A model generated the notes under the pieces. It had not been told where the DNA came from, ran no database searches, and was given only the letters and a program-made list of their open reading frames with translations. Below are positions 1-10,013 of a stretch of 64,000 bases of DNA, one piece after another. Made by a program: the position numbers and the translations under genes. Numbering within the stretch: position 1 is the first letter of the stretch; each line of letters starts with the position of its first letter. Source of the stretch: Desulfonatronovibrio sp. (GTDB taxonomy: Bacteria > Desulfobacterota > Desulfovibrionia > Desulfovibrionales > Desulfonatronovibrionaceae); the NCBI GenBank assembly GCA_003566455.1, contig PXDF01000227.1:19250-83249 (forward strand), given 5' to 3'.

Positions 1-2
1 CT

Positions 3-944
3 TACGGCGCAGTGGGATTTCTTGATGACCGTTTCTGGATAACAGCCCGTCTGGTCGATCAGGACCAAAGACAGGTATTCTCCCATATCCCCCAGTCTGA
101 TATAACCAGAAACGCGCATGAACTGCTGAAAAAATATCCGGAAAACAGACTCATCAGACATTTGGCAGGCTGCGCTTTGAATTCCTGCTGCCCGGCCGCG
201 AGAAATCTGGTCCTTGGAAGATTTGAAGCCCCTCTTCCCACATCCAGATCCTGCAACGCGAGATGTGTCGGCTGCATTTCATTTCAGCCTGATGATTCCG
301 GGATCAAGGCTACTCAAAAAAGAATTTCCTTTACTCCTGAGTCAGAGGAACTCATCCAGGTAATGAAAATTCACTGCGCCAGGGCAAAAAAGCCTGTCCT
401 GTCCTTTGGTCAGGGCTGCGAAGGCGAGCCCCTTACTCAAGCTGAACTGATCTGCGAGGCCATCTCCAGAGTTCGGAACAGCATACCTCAGGCCACAATC
501 AATATTAACACCAATGCTTCCCTGCCTGAATCAGTCTCAAAACTGGCCCGCAGCGGACTGAACTCGGTCCGGGTCAGCCTCAACAGCACTGATCCTGACC
601 TTTACCACTCCTATTACAGACCGGTTAACTACAGCTTTGATCAAGTTAAGGGCTTCATCCAGGAAGCCAGAGATCATAAACTTTTTGTTTCCCTTAATCT
701 GCTTTATTTTCCAGGAATCACAGACACGGAATCCCAGATTGGCTCAATTACGGATTTTATCCAGGATTTAAAAATTGATTTTATTCAGATGAGAAACCTC
801 AACCTGGATCCTGATATTTATCTTGCCCTGGTCAGGGATAAAGATCTGGGCCCACAGACCGGGCTCGGCAATTTTATGAAAAGGATAAAAAAGGAATGCC
901 CCTGGACAGGGTTTGGATATTTTAATCCATACCTTGGCGGCTGA
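3..944 (+). CDS. radical SAM domain protein (5' end probably off-window)
   Basis: ORF 12..944 stays open back to base 3. It has the CxxxCxxC cluster motif CNARCVGC and the glycine-rich GQGCEGEPL segment typical of radical SAM cores. Confidence 0.7.
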   Translation, partial: YGAVGFLDDRFWITARLVDQDQRQVFSHIPQSDITRNAHELLKKYPENRLIRHLAGCALNSCCPAARNLVLGRFEAPLPTSRSCNARCVGCISFQPDDSGIKATQKRISFTPESEELIQVMKIHCARAKKPVLSFGQGCEGEPLTQAELICEAISRVRNSIPQATININTNASLPESVSKLARSGLNSVRVSLNSTDPDLYHSYYRPVNYSFDQVKGFIQEARDHKLFVSLNLLYFPGITDTESQIGSITDFIQDLKIDFIQMRNLNLDPDIYLALVRDKDLGPQTGLGNFMKRIKKECPWTGFGYFNPYLGG

Positions 945-980
945 AATGTTTATTCGTCAGGCTTCACTTAATAAAACAAG

Positions 981-1168
981 AATTGGTCGACTTTCATGCC
1001 ACTTTTTAGATAAGCCTCTGATGGCAAAGGAGCGAAGCGACCCCCACTAAAGCCCTTCAAAGATCAGGGGCTTATCACCGGGGCAAGCTGAAGCAATTCC
1101 GGACAGATATAAAGACATGACCGCACTTGCGGACTCCCTCGTAATGACAGATAAAAATCGCTTATTCA
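981..1168. repeat. MITE-like intergenic repeat, family 1, copy 1 (degenerate)
   Basis: Its ends (aattggtcgactttcatgcc...gataagcct and cctcgtaatgacagataaaaatcgcttattcag) match the ends of copies at 13951..14082 and 34163..34302. Confidence 0.45.
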
Positions 1169-1182
1169 GATAAAAATCTTCA

Positions 1183-2229
1183 TCAGAATTCAAATACAAC
1201 AGACTCAGTCATCCGCTTGGATTCAAAAACCCTTCCGATATCCCAGGCCCGGCAGTCCATGGCGTCAAGCCTGGACAATACGTCTTCAATATTTTCAGGC
1301 GGTATCACTACAATAAAACCAATGCCGCAGTTAAACACCTGAAGCATGTCTTCCCAGCTCATGTCTTCCTGGTTTTTGATCCAGTTCATTACCGGAGGAA
1401 TCTCCCATGATCCGAATCTAACAGCGGCTGAAAGCTTTTTCTGGATAATCCTGGGGATATTTTCATAAAAACCTCCCCCTGTAATGTGAACCATTCCATG
1501 TACAGGAATATCGCGCATTATGCTGGAAATTTCAGCGGTATAGATCTTTGTGGGTTCCAGCAGTACTTCTTTTACTGTTTTGGCGCTTCCTGGAAATATA
1601 TCGTCAGGATTCATCCTTGAATCCCTGAAGATCTTTCTGACCAGAGAAAACCCATTGGAATGAAGGCCTGAAGAGGCAAGTCCAATGATAGCATCTCCAG
1701 GCCTTATGGTTCTTCCGTCAACAATCTCACTGTTTTCCACAACCCCTACGCAAAACCCTGAAAGGTCATACTCTCCGGGCGCGTAAAAATCAGGCATTTC
1801 AGCAGTTTCTCCGCCAAGCAGGGCGCATCCGGCCATCCTGCAGCCCTGGGCAATGCCCTCAATAACGCTCTCAGCCTTGACAGGATCGAGTTTGCTTGTG
1901 GCGAAATAATCAAGGAAAAACAGAGGTTTTGCTCCCTGGACAAGTATATCGTTTACAGACATGGCAACAAGATCAATGCCTATTGTATGGTGAACATCAA
2001 AGGCAAAAGCCAGCTTGAGCTTAGTGCCCACGCCATCAGTCGAAGCCACAAGGACAGGCTCCCTGAAATCCTGGACATCCAGCTTGAACAGTCCAGCAAA
2101 GCCCCCGATATCGGCCATTACCCCCTTGATATGAGTGCCTGCCACAAAAGACTTGATCCTTTTGACAAACTCCCCTGCCTTTTCAATATCAACCCCTGCC
2201 TTTTTATAGGACTCGCCTCTCTGCGCCAT
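1183..2229 (-). CDS. purM: phosphoribosylformylglycinamidine cyclo-ligase (AIR synthetase)
   Basis: MAQRGESYKKAGVDIEKAGEFV..., DGVGTKL and the whole length are typical PurM. Start moved to the ATG at 2229, which follows a GGGAG SD. Confidence 0.95.
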   Translation of the reverse strand: MAQRGESYKKAGVDIEKAGEFVKRIKSFVAGTHIKGVMADIGGFAGLFKLDVQDFREPVLVASTDGVGTKLKLAFAFDVHHTIGIDLVAMSVNDILVQGAKPLFFLDYFATSKLDPVKAESVIEGIAQGCRMAGCALLGGETAEMPDFYAPGEYDLSGFCVGVVENSEIVDGRTIRPGDAIIGLASSGLHSNGFSLVRKIFRDSRMNPDDIFPGSAKTVKEVLLEPTKIYTAEISSIMRDIPVHGMVHITGGGFYENIPRIIQKKLSAAVRFGSWEIPPVMNWIKNQEDMSWEDMLQVFNCGIGFIVVIPPENIEDVLSRLDAMDCRAWDIGRVFESKRMTESVVFEF

Positions 2230-2452
2230 ATTCACTCCCTGATGATCTTCTTGCAGCAACAAAACACAGAAACCGCACTTCCAGTAAAATTATAAAGCTT
2301 GAAAGATCTGCAGCACGCAATGATAATCCTGACTGAACCATTCCAGGGTATAATCCTGCCGTTAAGAACCACAATAAAAATGAATTATATTTTTTTTTTA
2401 ACAAGCTCAAGAATTTTCCTCCAGACAAAAAAACGTTCCATGGATATGGAAA

Positions 2453-3757
2453 CTAGCGAAAAATTCCTGGCAGCCAGGTGGCTATGCCCGGGACAAAAAC
2501 AAGCAGGACCAGAAGGATTAAGAAGCAGGGTATAAAAAACATTACTCCTTTGAACACATTGGCCAGAGAAGCGCCATGCCCCATGGAGGCCACAATATAG
2601 GTATTGATTCCCACAGGAGGCGTTATGGCCCCCATGGTTGTTAAAACAGTGATGAAAACGGAAAACCAGACCGGGTCATAACCCATGGACATGGCAACGG
2701 GGAAAAAAATGGGAATTGTGATGATGAGCAGGGCCAGGGCATCCATTATGGCGCCGCCCAGAATATAGATGAGTCCGATTAAAAAAATAATCATGAAAGA
2801 CGGCAGGGCCATGTCGCTGACCATGGAGGCCAGATCATAGGGAAGCCTGGTTACCGCCAGAAACCTTCCAAAAATTACCGCCCCCAGTATTATGGTCATA
2901 ATCATGGCTGATGTACGTAATGTATCTGTCAGGGCCAGATAAAAACCCTTCAAGCTCAGATTGCGGCCGGCAATCCCGATGACCAGAGCCAGAAAAGCTC
3001 CCACAGCCCCGGCCTGAGTTGGAGTAAAAAAACCTTTGATCAATCCGGTCATGATCAAAAAGAAAAGAACGGCGATCTCCACGGTTCCCTTCAGAGAAAA
3101 GACTTTCTCTTTCAGGGATGTCCTGACTCCGGAAGGACCGAAGTCAGGTTTTTTGCGGCAAACCAGAAATACAGCCCCCAGAAAAAACAGACACAAAAGT
3201 AAGCCCGGCAATAGAGCGGCCCAGAACAAAACGCCTATGGCCTGACCGGTTTGAAGGCCAATGACAATGAGGACAACGCTGGGGGGAATGAGAACCCCCA
3301 GGGTGGCTCCGGTTGCAACGCTGGAGGAGCTTAATACTGGATTGTAATTGTATTTCTTCATTTCCGGCAGAGCCACAGTACCCATGGTTGCAGCCGTGGC
3401 CGTGTTGGATCCGCAGATAGCAGCGAAGCCTGCGCAGGATAAGATTGTGGCCATGGCCATCCCTCCCCTGACCCTGCCCATCCATAAGTAGGCTGATCTG
3501 TACAGCCGTTTGTTGACCCCGGCGTGAAAACCAATCTGGCCCATGAGGATAAACATGGGAATAACAGTCAGCCCGTAAGAAGAAAAAACTTCCCAGACCT
3601 GATCCCCAATCATTCCCATGGCTGCCTGCGGGCTGACCACCCAGGCGAAGCCGGCAAAACCAACCATTGCCATGGCAAATCCAACAGGTATCCTCAGGAA
3701 AAAAATTATCAGAAGGAGAACCGTAATTCCGGTAATTCCGATCAGAGTCAGACTCAT
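2453..3757 (-). CDS. dctM: TRAP transporter large permease subunit (DctM family)
   Basis: 434-aa polytopic membrane protein with a DctM-like sequence. It lies in a Q-M-P operon layout. Confidence 0.9.
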   Translation of the reverse strand: MSLTLIGITGITVLLLIIFFLRIPVGFAMAMVGFAGFAWVVSPQAAMGMIGDQVWEVFSSYGLTVIPMFILMGQIGFHAGVNKRLYRSAYLWMGRVRGGMAMATILSCAGFAAICGSNTATAATMGTVALPEMKKYNYNPVLSSSSVATGATLGVLIPPSVVLIVIGLQTGQAIGVLFWAALLPGLLLCLFFLGAVFLVCRKKPDFGPSGVRTSLKEKVFSLKGTVEIAVLFFLIMTGLIKGFFTPTQAGAVGAFLALVIGIAGRNLSLKGFYLALTDTLRTSAMIMTIILGAVIFGRFLAVTRLPYDLASMVSDMALPSFMIIFLIGLIYILGGAIMDALALLIITIPIFFPVAMSMGYDPVWFSVFITVLTTMGAITPPVGINTYIVASMGHGASLANVFKGVMFFIPCFLILLVLLVFVPGIATWLPGIFR

Positions 3758-3806
3758 CAGGGCTGCTTATTCCTTGTGAGATAAATGATATTTTTTTTTG
3801 CCGGGT

Positions 3807-4283
3807 CTAACGTTTTTCCCTGTTCAGCAGCTGAACCACAAGAGTCAGAACCAGGGCACCGAAACCAAAAGCCAGGAAAAAAATCAGGGGATAAAAAGGA
3901 ACCCTGAGGCTTTCTGAAAGCTCTCCAAAAAGCCTCAGGGAAAGGCCAAGCAAAACAAGCTGCCGGATGATCAGAAAGAAAAAGCAGGCAAGAAGAACTT
4001 GTGCTGCCAGATTCAAAAAATGCCTAATTTTATAGGGAATAAACCTGTCAAAGATTGTAACGGTAATATGCCCCCTTACCTGCTGCGTTGGGGCCAACGC
4101 CAGGCAGGCGGCCAGTGCTCCCAGAAACCCGGTGACTTCATAGGCCCCTTTAATGGGTTGACCCATAAAACCAAAGATCATGTTGCAGGTCGCCAGGGCC
4201 ATCATCAGACACAAAATCAAAGCCCCTAATAACAGCAACAGCTTATTGAGGGAACAGGAAAGCCTGAACAAAAGGTCGATCAT
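3807..4283 (-). CDS. dctQ: TRAP transporter small permease subunit (DctQ family)
   Basis: 158-aa, 4-TM protein lying between the DctP-like and DctM-like genes. Confidence 0.8.
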   Translation of the reverse strand: MIDLLFRLSCSLNKLLLLLGALILCLMMALATCNMIFGFMGQPIKGAYEVTGFLGALAACLALAPTQQVRGHITVTIFDRFIPYKIRHFLNLAAQVLLACFFFLIIRQLVLLGLSLRLFGELSESLRVPFYPLIFFLAFGFGALVLTLVVQLLNREKR

Positions 4284-4307
4284 AACTGTAATGCGGGTTT
4301 GATAATT

Positions 4308-5321
4308 TTATTGAACGGCAAGCTCTGCCTCGTAATATTCCTTGAGTCTGAATAAATCGGCCAGGATTTCATCTGCAGGGAGATTATTTTTAGTTGCTTC
4401 TTCTTTCCATTTTTCAATAAGAAACTCGAGTTTCTCATCAATTTCCGCGTATTCCTCAGCAGCAAGCTCAAACATCTGATTATCATAGTTATCTCTTGCG
4501 TATTCCAGGGACTTTTCAACCTGGGCATCCATGTATTCTCCTGTCCAGATTGCCTGTTCCAATCTTAATTCTTCCATCACGTTCTGAACATCCTGGGGAA
4601 GACTGTTCCATTTATCCTTGTTCATGATCACGGCAAAAGGGTAAACCTGCAGATCAAGTCTGGTCTGATAGGGAGTATAAGCGGCAAAATTAAAATCCAT
4701 CAATACCTCCAGAGAAGAAAGCAGGCCTTTAACCATCCCCCTTTGCAGCGCCTCAGGGGTTTCAGACATGGGCATATCTACGGCTACAGCTCCGAGGATA
4801 TCAAGAATTTGAGAGGCTGTGCCTGAAGCCCGTATTTCCATTCCCTTGAGTTCAGCCAGATTTCTCACCGGCTGCTTGGTCATGAGGTTGGAAGGAGCGG
4901 TGCCGAACATGGTCAGAACTTTAACCTGCTCAAACTCCTGAGGCTGATACTTTTCAAAAAGCTCCCATAGAACTATGCTTGCCACCTTGGATGATGTGAA
5001 GCCCAGTGGAAGCTCCAGCACAGTGGTCATGGGAAAAACGCCAGGCTGGTAGGACATGCAGATATTCCCGATATCCGCCTGTCCCTGAATGACCCCTCTG
5101 AACATGTTTCTGGCGCCCAGCAGACTTCCTCCGGGATAAGTGTCAACCCTGACCTGCCCGTTGGTCCTTTCCTCAACCGCCTCCTTCCATCTTTCCATCT
5201 GGACCGACGGAAAAGTGCTTGCCGGCGGAAAATTGGCGTAACTGAGCCTGATGGTCTCCGCCGAAACCAGACAATAAGACCCTAAAACCAGAAAAATTGT
5301 CAAAACAAATTTCTTAATCAT
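4308..5321 (-). CDS. dctP: TRAP transporter substrate-binding protein (DctP family)
   Basis: DctP-like sequence. Start moved to MIKKFVLTIFLVLGSYCLVSA (signal peptide), preceded by a GGGAGA SD. The longer track ORF to 5489 has no signal peptide logic. Confidence 0.85.
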   Translation of the reverse strand: MIKKFVLTIFLVLGSYCLVSAETIRLSYANFPPASTFPSVQMERWKEAVEERTNGQVRVDTYPGGSLLGARNMFRGVIQGQADIGNICMSYQPGVFPMTTVLELPLGFTSSKVASIVLWELFEKYQPQEFEQVKVLTMFGTAPSNLMTKQPVRNLAELKGMEIRASGTASQILDILGAVAVDMPMSETPEALQRGMVKGLLSSLEVLMDFNFAAYTPYQTRLDLQVYPFAVIMNKDKWNSLPQDVQNVMEELRLEQAIWTGEYMDAQVEKSLEYARDNYDNQMFELAAEEYAEIDEKLEFLIEKWKEEATKNNLPADEILADLFRLKEYYEAELAVQ

Positions 5322-5683
5322 CACAGTCTCCCGGGGTAAAAATGTTGAGAAGCCGCCAAAAAAAAGGCCGCCAGACATTAGAGCCTGCGGCCTGAAAAGA
5401 AAAATCCTTTGCTTGTGTTCAAACAATGCCCTGATCTGGTTCAGGCCGAGCAATATATAATCTCCGCCACCAGTACAGAGCGTATTCATTGGGCCAAGCT
5501 GACCTGATATTAGCTTCCATTAAAATATTTTAGTTTGCCTGTAAATCTTTTGTCAAGCATTTTTGAGCCTGCTTGAAAAAATTAACAATTTTCCAGTAAA
5601 ATTTTTTTTTACTTGAAAATCACTGCTGTTGCATTATTAGTATTTTTGAAAGTCTGAACAACCTTTTGTCAAGGAGTAAACCC

Positions 5684-6697
5684 ATGTCCAACGCTATTCT
5701 CTGGAGACCACAAAAAAATTCTCAAATCCAATGTTTGGCATGCAGCCATTTTTGTCTAATTGATCCCGGCGAGGGTGGACTGTGCGGGGTAAGAGAAAAT
5801 CGGGACGGGAAAATGCACAGTCTGGTCAGAAACAAGGTTGCCGCCTTGAACGTCGACCCCATCGAAAAAAAACCCCTATTCCATTTTTTGCCGGGTACCC
5901 TGACTCTTTCCCTGGGCACAATGGGTTGCAATCTGTCATGCTCCTTCTGTCAGAACTATTCACTGTCTCAGACCCCCAGACAGAAAAAGGCCATTGAGGG
6001 CGAGGACATTACTGCTGAACAAATTATCAGGCTGGCTGGTGAATATTTCGCCGCCAGCATTTCCTACACTTATTCTGAACCCACCGTGTTTATCGAATTA
6101 GTAATGGATACAGCCAGGCCGGCCAGAGAAAAAGGTCTGAAAAACATTATTGTCAGCAACGGATTCCAAAGCCCTGACTGTCTCAAGGAGATGAACGGGC
6201 ACATCGATGCTGCCAATATCGACCTCAAGGCTTTTACTGAAAAGTTCTACCAGGAATATTGCGGAGCAAAGCTGAAGCCGGTCCTGAAAAATCTGGTTAA
6301 AATCAGAGAAATGGGCTGGTGGCTGGAACTGACCACCCTGATCATCCCCGGACTCAATGACTCATCAGAAGAATTAAACAAAATGGCTGAGTTTATTTTC
6401 ACAGAATTGGGACCAGATACTCCCTGGCATATATCGAGGTTTCATCCCACCTTTAAAATGACCAATATACATTCCACACCGGTTGAAACCCTGGAAAAGG
6501 CCTGGTCAATCGGACGTGATCAGGGGCTGAAGTTTGTTTACACCGGAAATGTGCCCGGACACGAGGCGGAAAATACTTTTTGTACGGCCTGCGGCAAACA
6601 GGTGGTCACCAGGATGGGCTTTGAGATCAAAAGTTCCCATGTCAATGACATGTTCTGTTCATTCTGCGGGGAAAAAATTCCCGGGGTTTGGAAATAG
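5684..6697 (+). CDS. amrS: AmmeMemoRadiSam system radical SAM enzyme
   Basis: CSHFC..GLCGVR N-terminal Cys motif plus the GCNLSCSFCQN radical SAM cluster. AAGGAG SD lies 7 nt before the ATG at 5684. Confidence 0.85.
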   Translation: MSNAILWRPQKNSQIQCLACSHFCLIDPGEGGLCGVRENRDGKMHSLVRNKVAALNVDPIEKKPLFHFLPGTLTLSLGTMGCNLSCSFCQNYSLSQTPRQKKAIEGEDITAEQIIRLAGEYFAASISYTYSEPTVFIELVMDTARPAREKGLKNIIVSNGFQSPDCLKEMNGHIDAANIDLKAFTEKFYQEYCGAKLKPVLKNLVKIREMGWWLELTTLIIPGLNDSSEELNKMAEFIFTELGPDTPWHISRFHPTFKMTNIHSTPVETLEKAWSIGRDQGLKFVYTGNVPGHEAENTFCTACGKQVVTRMGFEIKSSHVNDMFCSFCGEKIPGVWK

Positions 6698-6870
6698 ATT
6701 CTGCCCTTAGCCGCACATTGTCATTTTTTTCCTTTCCGCCAGGCCAGCGTATTGATTTCCTTCCATCCAGAAATATTGCCCACAATTTTTGGGGCCAGGT
6801 CTTGAACTTTTCTTTGTTTAAAAAAAAAGGTATCATTACGGAAATACCAATCAGGTTAAAGCAGAAGGAA

Positions 6871-8817
6871 ATGAATATGAACGCTGAAAGAAATATTTAT
6901 CTGCAGACCATCACTATTGATGAAGCCCTGGAGAGAATAAAGCAGACCATTGACCGTGACAGCTCCCTCGGGGTTCAATCCCTGCCCACCCAGGACGCGG
7001 CATTCAGAATCACAGCCGACCCCATCTGGGCCAGATACTCTTCGCCCACTTTTCACAGCGCAGCCATGGACGGAGTGGCTGTAAAGGCTGAAAATACCTT
7101 TCAGGCCCGAGAGGGAAATCCTGTTATCCTTAAAAAAAACACAGACTATATTGAAGTTAACACCGGAAATCCCATGCCTCTGGAAATGGACTGCGTGATC
7201 ATGGTTGAAAAGATAGTCCAGCAGGATTCAGAAAGCATCCTCATTGAAAATCCGGCTTTTCCCTGGCAAAATGTACGCCGGGTGGGCGAGGATATTGTGG
7301 CCACTGAACTCCTCATCCCCCAGAATCACGAATTGTCGCCCTATGATATCGGCGCACTTTTGAGCGCCGGCATATGGAACGTCAAGGTCAGGGAAAGAGT
7401 CAGGATTCATATTATCCCCACCGGAGATGAAGTTCTGGATTTTACCCTGAAGCCTGAACCAAGGCCGGGGCAGGTTATTGAAAGCAATTCTCAGATCCTC
7501 ATGTCCATGGCCAGACAATGGGGATGCCATACCCAAAGGACTCCGCCTGTTGCCGACGATCTCCAGCAGCTGGGAAAGGCTGTCAAAGATGCCATTGACT
7601 CCCCTGCACACATCATTGTCATCGGCGCGGGATCATCTGCGGGTACCAAGGATTATACCAGAAGAATCATGGAGGAATCAGGCCGGGTGCTTGTCCACGG
7701 CATCAAGGCCATGCCGGGCAAGCCCACGGTCATAGGCGTAGCCGGAAATAAAATCATTGTCGGCGCTCCTGGATATCCAGTCAGTTCAGTCATCTGCTTT
7801 GAACAGATACTCAAACCGCTTGTGTACTGGCTTTCAGGAAGATACCCGGAAGAACCTGAAGTTATTGAAGCCAGATTAACCAGAAAAGTACCTTCCAGAC
7901 TGGGCATGGAAGAATTCCTGAGAGTTTCAGTGGGCCGGGTCAAAGACAGATTCGTGGCCACACCTTTGGCCAGGGGCGCTGGAATGATCACCACCATGAC
8001 CAGGGCTCAGGGAATGACGCGGATCAGTCAGGATCTGGAAGGGCTGGCCATGGACAAAACAATCCGGGTTGAACTTTTGCGATCCAGAAAAGAACTGGAA
8101 CGGGTCCTGGTTGTTGTAGGCAGCCATGACAATACAATTGATCTCCTGGCCAATGAGCTCATGGGCATTGAGAACCCTGTACACCTTGCCTCCACTCACC
8201 TGGGAAGCATGGGAGGAATCACCGCGGCAAAGAACCAGGCAGCGCATATTGCCGGCATGCACCTTTTTGATCCGAATAGTGGTGACTACAACTTTCCTTT
8301 TCTGGAAAAATTTGCTCCCGGCCTGAATTTCAGGCTCATAAATCTGGCCATAAGACACCAGGGTCTGATGGTTTCCCCTGGAAATCCCAAAAACATTCAA
8401 ACGGTTCATGATCTTGCCAGAAAAGAAGTCACCTTTATTAACCGGCAAAGAGGAGCGGGCACCAGAATCCTGCTGGACCATCACCTCAAGGAAGCAGGGC
8501 TGTCCCCAGATCAGATAGCTGGATACGACAAAGAGGAATTCACCCATATGGCAGTGGCGGTCAATGTCTTGAGCGGAGCTGCTGACTGCGGACTGGGAAT
8601 AATGGCCGCGGCCAGAGCCCTTAACCTGGACTTTGTCCCCCTGGCCAGGGAAAGATACGATCTGCTCATCCCTGAGTACTCTTTTGATGATCTCAGGGTT
8701 AATCTGCTTCTTGAGCTGGTCAGATCTTCTCAAATCAAGGAAAAAATCAAGAAAATGGGGGGATACGAGGTAGATCTCACGGGAGAGGAAATGCAGCCCG
8801 GACAGGGAATCAAGTAA
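6871..8817 (+). CDS. moeA: molybdopterin molybdotransferase MoeA fused to a C-terminal periplasmic-binding-protein-like domain
   Basis: MoeA-like N-terminal ~400 aa (SPTFHSAAMDGVAV, GKPTVIG) followed by a ~230-aa PBP-like domain. The start is either ATG 6871 or 6877. The track ORF start at 6688 overlaps the upstream gene. Confidence 0.85.
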   Translation: MNMNAERNIYLQTITIDEALERIKQTIDRDSSLGVQSLPTQDAAFRITADPIWARYSSPTFHSAAMDGVAVKAENTFQAREGNPVILKKNTDYIEVNTGNPMPLEMDCVIMVEKIVQQDSESILIENPAFPWQNVRRVGEDIVATELLIPQNHELSPYDIGALLSAGIWNVKVRERVRIHIIPTGDEVLDFTLKPEPRPGQVIESNSQILMSMARQWGCHTQRTPPVADDLQQLGKAVKDAIDSPAHIIVIGAGSSAGTKDYTRRIMEESGRVLVHGIKAMPGKPTVIGVAGNKIIVGAPGYPVSSVICFEQILKPLVYWLSGRYPEEPEVIEARLTRKVPSRLGMEEFLRVSVGRVKDRFVATPLARGAGMITTMTRAQGMTRISQDLEGLAMDKTIRVELLRSRKELERVLVVVGSHDNTIDLLANELMGIENPVHLASTHLGSMGGITAAKNQAAHIAGMHLFDPNSGDYNFPFLEKFAPGLNFRLINLAIRHQGLMVSPGNPKNIQTVHDLARKEVTFINRQRGAGTRILLDHHLKEAGLSPDQIAGYDKEEFTHMAVAVNVLSGAADCGLGIMAAARALNLDFVPLARERYDLLIPEYSFDDLRVNLLLELVRSSQIKEKIKKMGGYEVDLTGEEMQPGQGIK

Positions 8818-8997
8818 CCCGTCCAGCTCCATTCATACTATGGGGTGACCCGGAAAATCCCTGAATCCCCAACTCCCTCAATTCCCGAATTCTTATTCAC
8901 TGACCACTGCCTGTCCTCATGAGAGATGAGCGGTGAGCCTCTTCCCAACTCATCTCTCACTGCTCACCGCTTCTTCTGTCATCTCTTCCCTCGGCCC
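8818..8997. repeat. composite palindromic spacer element (family 4), convergent-gene intergenic
   Basis: Interleaved complements: gagagatgag 8921-8930 with ctcatctctc 8949-8958, and gcggtgagc 8930-8938 with gctcaccgc 8962-8970. An ~80-nt block is homologous in inverse orientation to 16410..16490. The shared box ttcactgaccactg is at 8896-8909. Confidence 0.5.
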
Positions 8998-9861
8998 TCA
9001 AAAAATCATTCTCTTGGAAAATCCCTTTCCCAGCACATTAAAAGTATTCTCAATGATCACAAAGGCCTCAGGATCATTGGTGAAAATGATTTCTTCCAGC
9101 CTTTTGAGCTGGAAGTTATTGACAACGGTAAGAACAATTTTTTTGCGCTCCCCAGAATAAGTTCCTCTGCCATACAAATAGGTTGACCCCCTCTGAATCT
9201 GCTGGCCGATCAACTTGACCATCTTTTCAGGAATTTCAGTTATAATCAGAACCATCTTGCGCTGGTTGAACATGGCCATAAAATAATCGGCCACAAGGGC
9301 GGTCACAAATACGCTGGTCAGAGAATAGAGCACGATATCAGTGTTCAGAAACATAAATCCAAAGGCGAAAAGGGCCACATTAAAGTAAAAGCTGCTCTGG
9401 CCGATTCGCACATTGAATTTCTGAAATAAAATCACGCAGATTATATCCAGACCCCCGGTTGATCCAAATGACCTCAGGCCTATTCCCAGACCAGCTCCAA
9501 GGAGAATCCCATAGCTCAAAGCTGCCAGAAAGTGATCCTCAATTGGCAGCTGAAGATGTATTGTTTCCAGAAAAAAAGCTGTGGCAATCAGGCCATACAG
9601 GCTGTAAAAGAAGAATCTGCGGCTCACAAGCAAAAAGCCGGCCGCAAACACCGGGATGTTAAGAATCAACAGCCAGACGCCCGGGCTTAATAATCCCGTC
9701 ACATAGTAAAAAAGAAGGCTCAGGCCGGAAAAACCTCCGGCAATAAACTCATGATGGATGGCAATCCCGTTGATGCCTGTCGCAATTACCAGACCAGCCA
9801 CGGTAAGCAGACTAAGACACCAGAAATGCCCGTAAATAAATTTCCTGATAAATGCAGACAT
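8998..9861 (-). CDS. YitT family membrane protein (DUF2179 C-terminal domain)
   Basis: Five-TM N-terminal part plus a C-terminal soluble domain, typical of YitT. Confidence 0.85.
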   Translation of the reverse strand: MSAFIRKFIYGHFWCLSLLTVAGLVIATGINGIAIHHEFIAGGFSGLSLLFYYVTGLLSPGVWLLILNIPVFAAGFLLVSRRFFFYSLYGLIATAFFLETIHLQLPIEDHFLAALSYGILLGAGLGIGLRSFGSTGGLDIICVILFQKFNVRIGQSSFYFNVALFAFGFMFLNTDIVLYSLTSVFVTALVADYFMAMFNQRKMVLIITEIPEKMVKLIGQQIQRGSTYLYGRGTYSGERKKIVLTVVNNFQLKRLEEIIFTNDPEAFVIIENTFNVLGKGFSKRMIF

Positions 9862-10013
9862 ATGCTTTTAACTCCTGAAAAATATAATTTATTGTCCAAA
9901 GGCGCTCTTGTATCCACTTAAATCAGGCCCGGCAACTCCATACTTGCTTGACCCCCTGGACAGCCTGGACTATTTGAATGTTATTTTCTGAAGCAATATT
10001 TTAAGGAACAACT

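Noticed and set aside
4308-5489. 56-aa N-terminal extension of the DctP ORF
   Set aside because: The extension lacks a signal peptide, whereas the internal ATG 5321 is preceded by an SD and followed by a classical signal peptide.
5527-5556. Minus-strand TTGACA-18-TAAAAT promoter-like pair upstream of the TRAP operon
   Set aside because: It is plausible but lies in a generally AT-rich spacer where such hexamers arise by chance. The ~200-nt leader it implies has no supporting feature, so it is not listed as a feature.
7927-8832. 301-aa ORF on the minus strand
   Set aside because: It lies entirely antisense to the well-supported MoeA fusion gene. Its composition is low-complexity (Ser/Gly/His/Gln-rich) and it has no SD or recognisable motif. 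This is a typical shadow ORF.
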